Shown here: piece after piece, positions 1 through 7,332 of the stretch
How the letters are laid out: every line of letters begins with the position of its first letter
Position numbering within the stretch: position 1 is the first letter of the stretch
IMG/VR virus record: IMGVR_UViG_2648501841_000005
Strand: one strand, 5' to 3'
Source: a virus
Lineage: Duplodnaviria > Heunggongvirae > Uroviricota > Caudoviricetes
Length of the DNA stretch: 11,538 nt
Translations under genes and position numbers: made by a program
The notes under the pieces: model-generated
Databases searched by the model: none
Told to the model about the DNA's origin: nothing
What the model saw: only the letters and a program-made list of their open reading frames with translations

Positions 1-161
1 ATAATCAAAAACGATACACACCGGGGTTTACCGCGTTAACGGAGCGCGGTGTTGTCCCCTCATAGTCGCCAGTCCGGTGCGATGGTGGAAGAAACTGGAT
101 TTTGTTGCAAATGATAACCATTATCGTTTTTGCGGGTCCTCCTGGTGGGGTGGGCCTGAAC

Positions 162-181
162 ACGGGGCGGGCGGGCGCGGA
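162..181. other. Candidate cosN (cohesive-end nicking site) of a lambda-like cos
   Basis: GC-rich ACGGGGCGGGCGGGCGCGG lies about 200 bp upstream of the small terminase start, the same spacing as lambda cosN to Nu1 (about 190 bp). From memory, lambda reads ACGGGGCGGCGACCTCGCGGG at the cos junction, sharing the ACGGGGCGG core. Exact nick positions cannot be set from sequence alone. Confidence 0.35.
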
Positions 182-189
182 AAAAGGCG

Positions 190-345
190 CATTTTTGTGA
201 TTTTATCGTCATCATCATCATGATGGTAACTTGTTGTTTTTAATGCTGTTAGTATTAAAAAGATGATGATTGTGGTTGTTTTTTGTTCGACATCTTTATA
301 TGGCGGCATTTCTTTACAAAAAAACAGAGTCACTTCTGTTCTGCG
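190..345. promoter_or_regulatory. Candidate cosB (small-terminase and IHF binding region)
   Basis: AT-rich non-coding stretch between the candidate cosN and the small terminase gene. CGTCAT...TAACTTGTTGTTTTTAAT (about 207..245) resembles the lambda R3/I1 region (CGTCATAACTTAATGTTTTTATTT, recalled). An inverted repeat ATCATCATCAT (about 209..222) / AGATGATGATT (261..271) and direct TTGTTGTTTTT / GTGGTTGTTTTTT motifs are also present. Confidence 0.4.
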
Positions 346-365
346 GTTTATGTGGAGGGATGTAA

Positions 366-842
366 ATGGACGGCGAGCTGAAAAATATGAAGTTAAATAT
401 TAATCAACTGGCAGCCCTTTCAGGTCTGCACCGGCAGACTGTTGCCGCCAGAATGGCGGATGTTCCTCTTGCACCAGGCAGTAATGAAAAGAAAAAACTG
501 TATCTCCTGACGGATTTGATAACTTCGTTGCTGGAAAAACCACCATCTTCCGAAGATGAGGATATGGATCCTCACGCTCGTAAGGCATGGTATCAGTCCG
601 AGCGCGAGCGTCTTAAATTTCAGCATGAAACTGTTCAGCTTGTGCCAGTCAGTGATGTCAGGCGGTCCTTTTCTGTCGTGGTGAAAGCGATAGTTCAGGT
701 ACTGGAAACCTGGCCTGACCGGCTGGAGAGGGACAGGGGGTGGACCGCATCACAACTGAATGAAGTACAGATTGTGGTTGATGAGATCCGCGACACACTG
801 GAAAAGGCAGTCATTGACTGTTGTGATGAGGCCGATATGTGA
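366..842 (+). CDS. nu1: Terminase small subunit (lambda Nu1-like, N-terminal winged-helix DNA-binding domain)
   Basis: 158-aa ORF directly 5' of the large terminase gene. The N-terminus (MKLNINQLAALSGLHRQTVAARMADVPL) aligns with the lambda Nu1 N-terminus (MEVNKKQLADIFGASIRTIQNWQEQGMPV, recalled). GGAGGG at 355..360 sits 5 nt before ATG 366; ATG 387 is an alternative start. Its stop TGA (840..842) overlaps the GTG start of the next gene. Confidence 0.8.
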   Translation: MDGELKNMKLNINQLAALSGLHRQTVAARMADVPLAPGSNEKKKLYLLTDLITSLLEKPPSSEDEDMDPHARKAWYQSERERLKFQHETVQLVPVSDVRRSFSVVVKAIVQVLETWPDRLERDRGWTASQLNEVQIVVDEIRDTLEKAVIDCCDEADM

Positions 843-2962
843 ATCAGGTGAACGAGAGCCATAGCCGCGCATCCGATATCTGGCGCGAAGTGGCCTCGCT
901 GTTTCGCCCACCCAGCCGGTTACCAGTAGCGGAAGCCATCAGGCGTTATATGCGGGTTCCACGGGGAGCCAATACTTCCGGTCCGTGGGAGTCATCGCTG
1001 ACGCCCTATATGATTGACCCCATTAATACATTATCAGCCCGTGAATATGACGCGGTGGTGTTTGTGGGACCTGCGCGAACCGGGAAAACCGAAGGGCTGA
1101 TTGATGGCTGGATTGTGTACGGCATCATCTGTGATCCGGCGGATATGCTGGTGGTGCAGATGACTGAGACGAAGGCGCGTGAGCATTCCAGAACGCGTCT
1201 TTCCAGGACGTTTCGCCACAGTCCGGAGGTCAGCAAGCGCCTCAGTCCTTCCCGTAATGACAACAACGTCCACGATAAAATGTTTCTTGACGGCTCCTTC
1301 CTGAAGATTGGCTGGCCGTCGATCACCGTCTTTTCCTCTTCGGATTACCGTCGTGTGGCGCTGACGGATTATGACCGTTTCCCTGAAAACGTGGACGGGG
1401 AAGGGGATGCCTTCACGCTGGCCTCAAAGCGTACCACCACCTTTATGTCCTCGGGGATGACCCTGGTCGAGAGTTCACCGGGGCGGGATATCACCGATAC
1501 CAAATGGCGTTGTGGTGGCGCACATGAGGCACCGCCAACAACGGGGATCCTGTCACTGTATAACCGGGGAGACCGCCGCCGGTGGTACTGGCCGTGTCCG
1601 CACTGCGGGGAATATTTTCAGCCGGTGATGGATAACATGACCGGATACCGGAATAACCCGGATTTTGTGGCTGCCGGTCAGGCTGCCCGTCTGATGTGTC
1701 CGCATTGTCGCGGGCTGATTGCCCCTGAGCAGAAACGCGAACTGAATAACCAGGGGATCTGGCTTCGTGAAGGTGAACGGGCGGCGGCGGACGGCAGTAT
1801 CACCGGAACGCCACGAAACTCCCGGATTGCGTCATTTTGGATGGAGGGGCCAGCTGCGGCGTTTCAGACCTGGGAACAACTGATTTTTAAACTGCTGGCG
1901 GCAGAAGAAGAGTATGAGCGAACCGGCAGTGAAGAGACCCTGAAAGCGGTGGTGAACACCGATATCGGACGACCCTATCTGCCCCGTTCAGCCACGGAAC
2001 AGCGTAAAAGTGAACTGCTTGAACAGCGTGCCGAGCCGTTTCCCCGGCGATCTGTGCCGGATGGTGTGCGTTTTATTGAGGCAACGGTTGACGTACAGGG
2101 CGGTAAAAATCGCCGTTTTGTTGTGCAGATCACCGGATACGGAGAGCAGGGGGAACGCTGGATTGTTGATCGCTACAACATCCGGCATTCACTGCGCTGC
2201 AGTCCCAACGGTGAAAGTCTGCCGGTTGATCCGGCGGCATATCCGGAGGACTGGGATTTGTTGCTGACGGATGTGTTCCATAAAACATGGCCGCTGGCTT
2301 CTGATCCGGATGTGCGCATGCGTCTGATGGCCATGGCGGTGGATACGGGAGGGGAAGCCGGGGTGACAGATAACGCCTATCGTTTCTGGCGTCGTTGCCG
2401 GAGTGACGGACTGGGCAACAGGGTGTTTCTGTTCAAGGGGGATGGACTTCGCCGTGACAGGCTGATTAACCGAACCTTCCCGGATAATACCGGCAGAAGT
2501 GCCCGCCGTGCCAGAGCCAGTGGCGATGTCGCGCTGTGGCTGGTTCAGACGGATGCGTTTAAGGATCGTGTAAATAATGCCCTGTGGCGTGACACACCAG
2601 GGCCGAACTATATCCACTTTCCCGACTGGCTGGGGCGGTGGTTTTACGATGAGCTGACCTATGAAGAGCGCGGCAGTGACGGAAAATGGCGAAAACCGGG
2701 CAGGGGCGCTAACGAAGCGTTTGACCTGCTGGTTTATGCGGATGCGCTTGCCGTTCTGCATGGTTACGAAAAGATCCGCTGGCCCTCCGCACCGGACTGG
2801 GCACAGCGGGAAACGTGGCTCGTCTTCCCGCAGGAGCGTTCTGGTGAAACGGTATCCCCGGAACTGACGGCCGGGGCAGAAAAACGCCGTCGCCGGAAGA
2901 AAAAACTGTGGACGGAGCGTGCGGAAGATAATCCATGGATAACATCAGGAGGCTGGTTGTGA
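839..2962 (+). CDS. A: Terminase large subunit (lambda gpA family; ATPase/endonuclease)
   Basis: 707-aa ORF. The N-terminal LFRPP region matches the lambda gpA N-terminus (LRSLFRPEP). Walker A-like GPARTGKT at 1067..1090. Paired Cys motifs CPHCGEYF and CPHCRG parallel the lambda gpA CPHCGEE motif. GTG start at 839 overlaps the upstream stop (GTGA). Position after Nu1 and before W matches lambda. Confidence 0.95.
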   Translation: MNQVNESHSRASDIWREVASLFRPPSRLPVAEAIRRYMRVPRGANTSGPWESSLTPYMIDPINTLSAREYDAVVFVGPARTGKTEGLIDGWIVYGIICDPADMLVVQMTETKAREHSRTRLSRTFRHSPEVSKRLSPSRNDNNVHDKMFLDGSFLKIGWPSITVFSSSDYRRVALTDYDRFPENVDGEGDAFTLASKRTTTFMSSGMTLVESSPGRDITDTKWRCGGAHEAPPTTGILSLYNRGDRRRWYWPCPHCGEYFQPVMDNMTGYRNNPDFVAAGQAARLMCPHCRGLIAPEQKRELNNQGIWLREGERAAADGSITGTPRNSRIASFWMEGPAAAFQTWEQLIFKLLAAEEEYERTGSEETLKAVVNTDIGRPYLPRSATEQRKSELLEQRAEPFPRRSVPDGVRFIEATVDVQGGKNRRFVVQITGYGEQGERWIVDRYNIRHSLRCSPNGESLPVDPAAYPEDWDLLLTDVFHKTWPLASDPDVRMRLMAMAVDTGGEAGVTDNAYRFWRRCRSDGLGNRVFLFKGDGLRRDRLINRTFPDNTGRSARRARASGDVALWLVQTDAFKDRVNNALWRDTPGPNYIHFPDWLGRWFYDELTYEERGSDGKWRKPGRGANEAFDLLVYADALAVLHGYEKIRWPSAPDWAQRETWLVFPQERSGETVSPELTAGAEKRRRRKKKLWTERAEDNPWITSGGWL
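1147..1154 (+). other. Chi octamer 5'-GCTGGTGG-3' (RecBCD regulatory sequence) inside the large terminase gene
   Basis: Exact octamer read directly from the + strand; function depends on the host being a RecBCD/Chi(GCTGGTGG) organism. Confidence 0.5.
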
Positions 2963-3171
2963 GCACAGAAGAAGCCAGAGAAATGATACAGCGGTACCGT
3001 GAAGCGGAAATGGCCGTACTGGAGGGAAAGTCTGTCACCTTCAACGGGCAGCAACTGACGCTGGAAAGCCTTTCTCAGATCCGCGCCGGACGTCAGGAGT
3101 GGGAACGCAGGCTTGCCGCGATGGTGAGCCGCAGGCGGGGAAAACCGGGATTTAAACTGGCGAGGTTTTAA
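2959..3171 (+). CDS. W: Head-tail joining / head completion protein (lambda gpW family)
   Basis: Small ORF between terminase and portal. C-terminal RRRGKPGF matches lambda W RRRGPAGF, and STEEAREMIQ aligns with lambda W MTRQEELAAA (recalled). AGGAGG at 2947..2952 sits 6 nt before GTG 2959, which overlaps the terminase stop (GTGA). An in-frame ATG at 2935 (78 aa) is the longer alternative but lacks an RBS. Confidence 0.8.
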   Translation: MSTEEAREMIQRYREAEMAVLEGKSVTFNGQQLTLESLSQIRAGRQEWERRLAAMVSRRRGKPGFKLARF

Positions 3172-4673
3172 TGGCAATTATTGATGATGTGATCGGCGTG
3201 TTTTCCCCCGGGTGGAAAGCAGCCAGACTGCGTTCAAGGGCGTTAATCATGGCCTATGAGGCGGTGAAACCGACCCGGACACATAAAGCCCGGCGGGAAA
3301 ATCGCTCTGCTGATCAGCTCAGTAAATACGGTGCGGTTTCCCTGCGGGAGCAGGCCCGTTTTCTGGATATCAATCATGACCTGGTGATTGGTGTGTTTGA
3401 CAAGCTGGAAGAGCGGGTGATTGGTGCCAGGGGAATTATTGTGGAGCCTCAGCCATTACGAAAAAACGGGGAAATGGCGGCTGAGCTGGCTGCGGATATC
3501 CGCCGTTTGTGGGCTGAATGGTCCGTGAGTCCGGATGTGACAGGGCAGTATACCCGTCCTGTGCTTGAACGTTTACTGCTGCGGACCTGGCTGCGGGATG
3601 GTGAAGTGTTTGCGCAGATGGTCAGTGGTGCGGGAAACGGTCTGGAACGGACGGCGGGAGTGCCATTCTGGCTTGAGGCGATGGAGCCGGATTTTGTTCC
3701 CATGCGCACTGATGAATCCGCCGGACTGAATCAGGGGGTTTTTCTTGATGAGTGGGGAAGACCGAAAAAATATCTGGTTTATAAAAATTATCCGGTCAGC
3801 GGCCGGCAGAGTGATACGAAAGAAATCGCTGCCGGAAAAATGATCCACCTGAAGTTCACTCGTCGTCTGCATCAGACGCGAGGCTCATCCATGTTATCGG
3901 GGGTGCTGATGCGGATCAGTGCCCTTAAGGAGTATGAGGATGCGGAACTGACAGCGGCGCGTATTGCTGCGGCGCTGGGACTGTATATCCGTAAAGGTGA
4001 CGGACAGGACTATGAAGATCCGGGGAGCAAAGAGACCGAGCGGGAAGTCCATATCACCCCGGGTATTATTTATGACGATTTGCGCAAGGGCGAGGATATC
4101 GGCATGGTCAAATCTGACCGTCCCAATCCCAACCTTGAAACTTTCCGCAACGGCCAGTTGCGTGCAGTGGCAGCAGGCAGTCGTCTGAGTTTTTCCAGTG
4201 CGGCGCGTAACTATAACGGCACCTACAGCGCCCAGCGGCAGGAGTTGGTCGAGTCCACGGATGGTTACCTGATCCTGCAGGACTGTTTTATTGGCGCGGT
4301 AACCCGCCCGGTGTACCGGACATGGCTGAATATGGTGGTTGCGGCAGGTCTGCTGAAAATTCCGGCGGATGTGGAGATGAAAACGCTATATAACGCGACG
4401 TATTCCGGTCCGGTGATGCCGTGGATCGACCCGGTTAAGGAAGCTGAAGCCTGGAGAATTCAGATCCGGGGTGGTGCAGCGACAGAATCTGACTGGGTGC
4501 GTGCTGGTGGGCGCAATCCGGATGAGGTCAAACGTCGCCGCAAGGCTGAAATTGATGAAAACAGCAGACTGGGGCTGGTCTTTGATACTGACCCCGTCAA
4601 CGACAAAGGAGGCAACAGTGCCGGAACTGAACGACAGTATCAGCGCGACACCGAAAGCCAGCATGAAGAATAA
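3171..4673 (+). CDS. Portal protein (lambda B-position portal)
   Basis: 500-aa ORF in the portal position between W and the prohead protease; size is typical of lambda-family portals (lambda gpB is 533 aa). Its ATG overlaps the W stop (TAATG). Family assignment rests on synteny and size; I did not verify the alignment residue by residue. Confidence 0.85.
   Translation: MAIIDDVIGVFSPGWKAARLRSRALIMAYEAVKPTRTHKARRENRSADQLSKYGAVSLREQARFLDINHDLVIGVFDKLEERVIGARGIIVEPQPLRKNGEMAAELAADIRRLWAEWSVSPDVTGQYTRPVLERLLLRTWLRDGEVFAQMVSGAGNGLERTAGVPFWLEAMEPDFVPMRTDESAGLNQGVFLDEWGRPKKYLVYKNYPVSGRQSDTKEIAAGKMIHLKFTRRLHQTRGSSMLSGVLMRISALKEYEDAELTAARIAAALGLYIRKGDGQDYEDPGSKETEREVHITPGIIYDDLRKGEDIGMVKSDRPNPNLETFRNGQLRAVAAGSRLSFSSAARNYNGTYSAQRQELVESTDGYLILQDCFIGAVTRPVYRTWLNMVVAAGLLKIPADVEMKTLYNATYSGPVMPWIDPVKEAEAWRIQIRGGAATESDWVRAGGRNPDEVKRRRKAEIDENSRLGLVFDTDPVNDKGGNSAGTERQYQRDTESQHEE
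4503..4510 (+). other. Chi octamer 5'-GCTGGTGG-3' near the 3' end of the portal gene
   Basis: Exact octamer on the + strand, same orientation as the copy at 1147..1154. Confidence 0.5.
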
Positions 4674-6642
4674 ATCCTGGTTCAGGATGCAGGCTGGGGG
4701 GCCGGGTGACGCGGATATTTATATTTATGACGAGATTGGTTTCTGGGGAGTTACCGCGAAGCAGTTTGTCAGCGAACTGAATGCACTGGGTGATATCACC
4801 CACATTAATCTCCATATCAATTCACCGGGTGGCGATGTCTTTGAAGGCATCGCCATTTTTAATGCCCTGAAAAATCAGGGGGCGACCATTACCGTGTATG
4901 TGGATGGCGTTGCCGCCTCGATGGCATCTGTGATTGCGATGGCCGGTGATACGGTCATTATGCCGGAAAATGCCTTCATGATGATCCATAAGCCATGGGG
5001 ATTCAGTGGCGGGGATGCTGAGGATATGCGCAGTTATGCCGATTTGCTGGATAAAGTCGAATCGGTACTGTTGCCAGCCTATGCGCAGAAAACCGGAAAA
5101 ACCACCGATGAAATTGCCGCCATGCTGGCGGATGAAACCTGGATGTCCGGTGCCGAATGTCTGGCACACGGATTTGCTGACCAGGTGACACCCGCTGTTG
5201 AGGCAATGGCATGTATTCAGTCAAAACGTACAGAGGAATTTAAAAAGATGCCGGAATCCATCCGAAACATGATTACTCCGCCACGCAACAGTGCCCCGCG
5301 TGATACCACAGTGACAATCCCTGCACCGGCGGTAACAGAACCATCACCGGTACCGGCAGTGTCTGATGAGGCGACCATTCGCGCCCGCGTTATGGCAGAA
5401 CAGAAAGCCCACATGTCAGGCATTAACGATCTGTTTGCCATGTTCGGTGGTCGCTATCAGACGCTTCAGGCACAGTGCGTGGCTGATCCTGACTGTTCGC
5501 TGGAAATGGCCCGTGAACGACTGCTGAATGAAATGGGCAAGGAGTCCTCGCCGACCAACAAAAATACACCGGCCCATATTTATGCCGGAAACGGCAATTT
5601 TGTGGGGGACGGGATCCGCCAGGCGATGCTGGCCCGTGCCGGATTTGAAAATGCCGAGAAGGATAACGCCTATAACGGGATGACCCTGCGTGAATGGGCT
5701 CGCATGTCACTGACGGAGCGCGGTATTGGGGTGGCCAGTTATAACCCCATGCAGATGGTCGGGCTGGCGCTGACGCACAGCACCTCTGATTTTGGCAATA
5801 TTCTGCTGGATGTGTCGAACAAGGGGCTGATCCAGGGCTGGGAGGAATCAGAAGAAACCTTCCAGAAGTGGACCCGTAAGGGACGCCTGTCAGACTTCAA
5901 AACAGCGTATCGCGTGGGGATGGGCGGTTTTGGTTCTCTGCGCCAGGTTCGTGAGGGGGCGGAGTATAAATACATCACCACCTCAGATCGCAAGGAGACC
6001 ATTGCACTGGCCACTTACGGGGAGATTTTCTCCATCACCCGCCAGGCCATTATCAATGATGATCTGAATATGCTGGTGGACGTGCCGATGAAGATGGGGC
6101 GTGCGGCGAAGGCAACGATTGGTGACCTGGTCTACAAGGTGCTGACGGATAACCCGAAACTGTCCGACGGTAAGGCGCTGTTCCATGCCGATCACAAAAA
6201 TATTGCCACCGGGGGGATCTCCGTTTCCGGACTGGATGCGGCCCGTCAGATGATGCGCCTGCAGAAAGAAGGCGATCGTGCCCTGAATATCCGTCCGGCC
6301 TTTATGCTGGTACCGGTGGCACTGGAGACGGTGGCGAACCAGACCATCAAATCGGCCAGTGTGAAAGGGGCGGATGCAAACGCCGGTGTCATTAACCCTA
6401 TCCAGAACTTTGCTGAGGTGATTGCAGAAGCGCGTCTTGATGCGGCAGACCCGAAAACCTGGTATCTGGCGGCGGCACAGGGCACTGACACCATTGAAGT
6501 GGCCTGGCTGGATGGTGTGGACACGCCATACATTGATCAGCAGGAAGGTTTCACCACTGACGGCATTGCCACAAAAATCCGTATTGATGCCGGAGTGGCA
6601 CCACTTGACTGGCGCGGGCTGGTGCGTTCGTCGGTGGCCTGA
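4618..6642 (+). CDS. Prohead protease (ClpP/S49-like) - scaffold-like linker - major capsid protein fusion polyprotein
   Basis: Single long ORF. The N-terminal domain carries ClpP-type motifs: INSPGGDV, catalytic-Ser context GVAASMAS (Ser codon 4918..4920) and His context MMIHKPWG (His codon 4987..4989). The middle is Pro-rich and coiled-coil-like (about 5180..5580). The C-terminal roughly 350 aa is major-capsid-like by size and position. The track ORF begins at GTG 4471, but AAGGAGG (4606..4612) 5 nt before in-frame GTG 4618 is the best start; ATG 4663 is an alternative. The ORF overlaps the portal gene's 3' end. Confidence 0.85.
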   Translation: MPELNDSISATPKASMKNKSWFRMQAGGPGDADIYIYDEIGFWGVTAKQFVSELNALGDITHINLHINSPGGDVFEGIAIFNALKNQGATITVYVDGVAASMASVIAMAGDTVIMPENAFMMIHKPWGFSGGDAEDMRSYADLLDKVESVLLPAYAQKTGKTTDEIAAMLADETWMSGAECLAHGFADQVTPAVEAMACIQSKRTEEFKKMPESIRNMITPPRNSAPRDTTVTIPAPAVTEPSPVPAVSDEATIRARVMAEQKAHMSGINDLFAMFGGRYQTLQAQCVADPDCSLEMARERLLNEMGKESSPTNKNTPAHIYAGNGNFVGDGIRQAMLARAGFENAEKDNAYNGMTLREWARMSLTERGIGVASYNPMQMVGLALTHSTSDFGNILLDVSNKGLIQGWEESEETFQKWTRKGRLSDFKTAYRVGMGGFGSLRQVREGAEYKYITTSDRKETIALATYGEIFSITRQAIINDDLNMLVDVPMKMGRAAKATIGDLVYKVLTDNPKLSDGKALFHADHKNIATGGISVSGLDAARQMMRLQKEGDRALNIRPAFMLVPVALETVANQTIKSASVKGADANAGVINPIQNFAEVIAEARLDAADPKTWYLAAAQGTDTIEVAWLDGVDTPYIDQQEGFTTDGIATKIRIDAGVAPLDWRGLVRSSVA

Positions 6643-6664
6643 TAACCGCGTTATCACAATCACT

Positions 6665-6683
6665 GCCCGAAAGGGCTTTTTTT
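6665..6683 (+). terminator. Possible weak intrinsic terminator / attenuator hairpin after the capsid gene
   Basis: GCCC-GAAA-GGGC stem-loop followed by seven T residues, 23 nt after the capsid stop. A second 7-bp hairpin CAGCCCC-ACC-GGGGCTG (6696..6712) lies just before the RBS of the next gene. The first stem is short, so likely leaky. Confidence 0.3.
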
Positions 6684-6729
6684 ATGCCTGAAAAACAGCC
6701 CCACCGGGGCTGTCCGGAGAAACAGCATT

Positions 6730-7056
6730 ATGGCGAAAAATTTTGTACAGGACGGTACCACCATTGAACTGGTGAATGCCGGAGATCAGACCATCCTGAG
6801 CGGTGCTGCGGTGGTGGTCGGCAGTATGGTGGCCGTGGCCATTACCGATATTCCTGCCGGTGAGGCCGGTGACGGTTTTGCCGAAGGCGTGTTCCTGCTG
6901 CCCAAACAGTCTGCTGACGACATTCAGTCCGGCGCGGTGGTTTATCTGAAGGACGGGGTTGTGCAGCTGGCTGCAGACGGTGCGGTGGCAGCGGGGGTAG
7001 CCTGGGAAAATGCCCCTGCAAACAGCGCCACTGTGGCGGTAAAAATCAATGTCTGA
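6730..7056 (+). CDS. Small head protein, putative capsid decoration/cement protein (DUF2190-like, lambda D-position analogue)
   Basis: 108-aa Gly/Ala/Val-rich ORF immediately after the capsid gene. GGAGA lies about 10 nt upstream of the ATG. Family identity is recalled, not searched. Confidence 0.65.
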   Translation: MAKNFVQDGTTIELVNAGDQTILSGAAVVVGSMVAVAITDIPAGEAGDGFAEGVFLLPKQSADDIQSGAVVYLKDGVVQLAADGAVAAGVAWENAPANSATVAVKINV

Positions 7057-7330
7057 TCTGTTTACGCGAATGTGTTGCCGGATGGACGTGGCGACCGTTC
7101 GGGTGATGGGCAAACAGGCGGAGATTAACGGCGTCGTGTACGACGTGATGCCGGAGGAAGAGTCCGCGGAGATGGGGGCGCTTTCGGGCAGCCAGTTGTC
7201 ACTGGTGGTGTTTTCAGCCCGGTACCGTCCGGCCCGTCATGATGTTGTTGTGTTTGCGGGGCGCACACTGACGGTGACCCGTTATGACACGTACAACGGT
7301 AAACCCCGGATTTTTGTCGAACAGGAATGA
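7049..7330 (+). CDS. Head-tail connector / head closure protein (lambda FII-position; Gifsy-2-type small joining protein)
   Basis: 93-aa ORF between the decoration-like gene and Z, overlapping the upstream stop by 8 nt. Its C-terminal region (RTLTVTRYDTYNG) loosely resembles lambda FII (GDTLTIGEENFWVDRV). The start codon is uncertain. Confidence 0.55.
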   Translation: MSDLFTRMCCRMDVATVRVMGKQAEINGVVYDVMPEEESAEMGALSGSQLSLVVFSARYRPARHDVVVFAGRTLTVTRYDTYNGKPRIFVEQE

Positions 7331-7332
7331 GT

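Noticed and set aside
121-333. 70-aa reverse-strand ORF in the region upstream of the small terminase gene
   Set aside because: It lies across the putative cos region, is low-complexity (runs of D and I/T from the ATCATCAT repeats), and has no convincing RBS; more likely non-coding cos DNA.
2189-2761. 190-aa reverse-strand ORF (and other antisense ORFs at 1006..1326, 2709..3177, 3449..3872)
   Set aside because: All lie fully inside the terminase, W or portal genes on the opposite strand; the sense strand has strong homology and coupling signals, so these are antisense artefacts of GC-rich coding sequence.
4471-4617. Longest-ORF start (GTG 4471) for the protease-capsid gene
   Set aside because: It would overlap the portal gene by about 200 nt with no RBS; in-frame GTG 4618 has a canonical AAGGAGG at optimal spacing.
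5983-6663. 226-aa reverse-strand ORF plus shorter antisense ORFs across the capsid domain (4822..6533)
   Set aside because: Embedded antisense to the protease-capsid ORF, with no independent start signals; treated as spurious.
6682-7113. 143-aa reverse-strand ORF across the decoration-gene region, and 108/93-aa sense ORFs as possible moron cargo
   Set aside because: The antisense ORF overlaps the sense decoration-like gene. The sense ORFs sit in the conserved D/FII positions and are translationally linked to neighbours, so structural genes are more plausible than accessory cargo.
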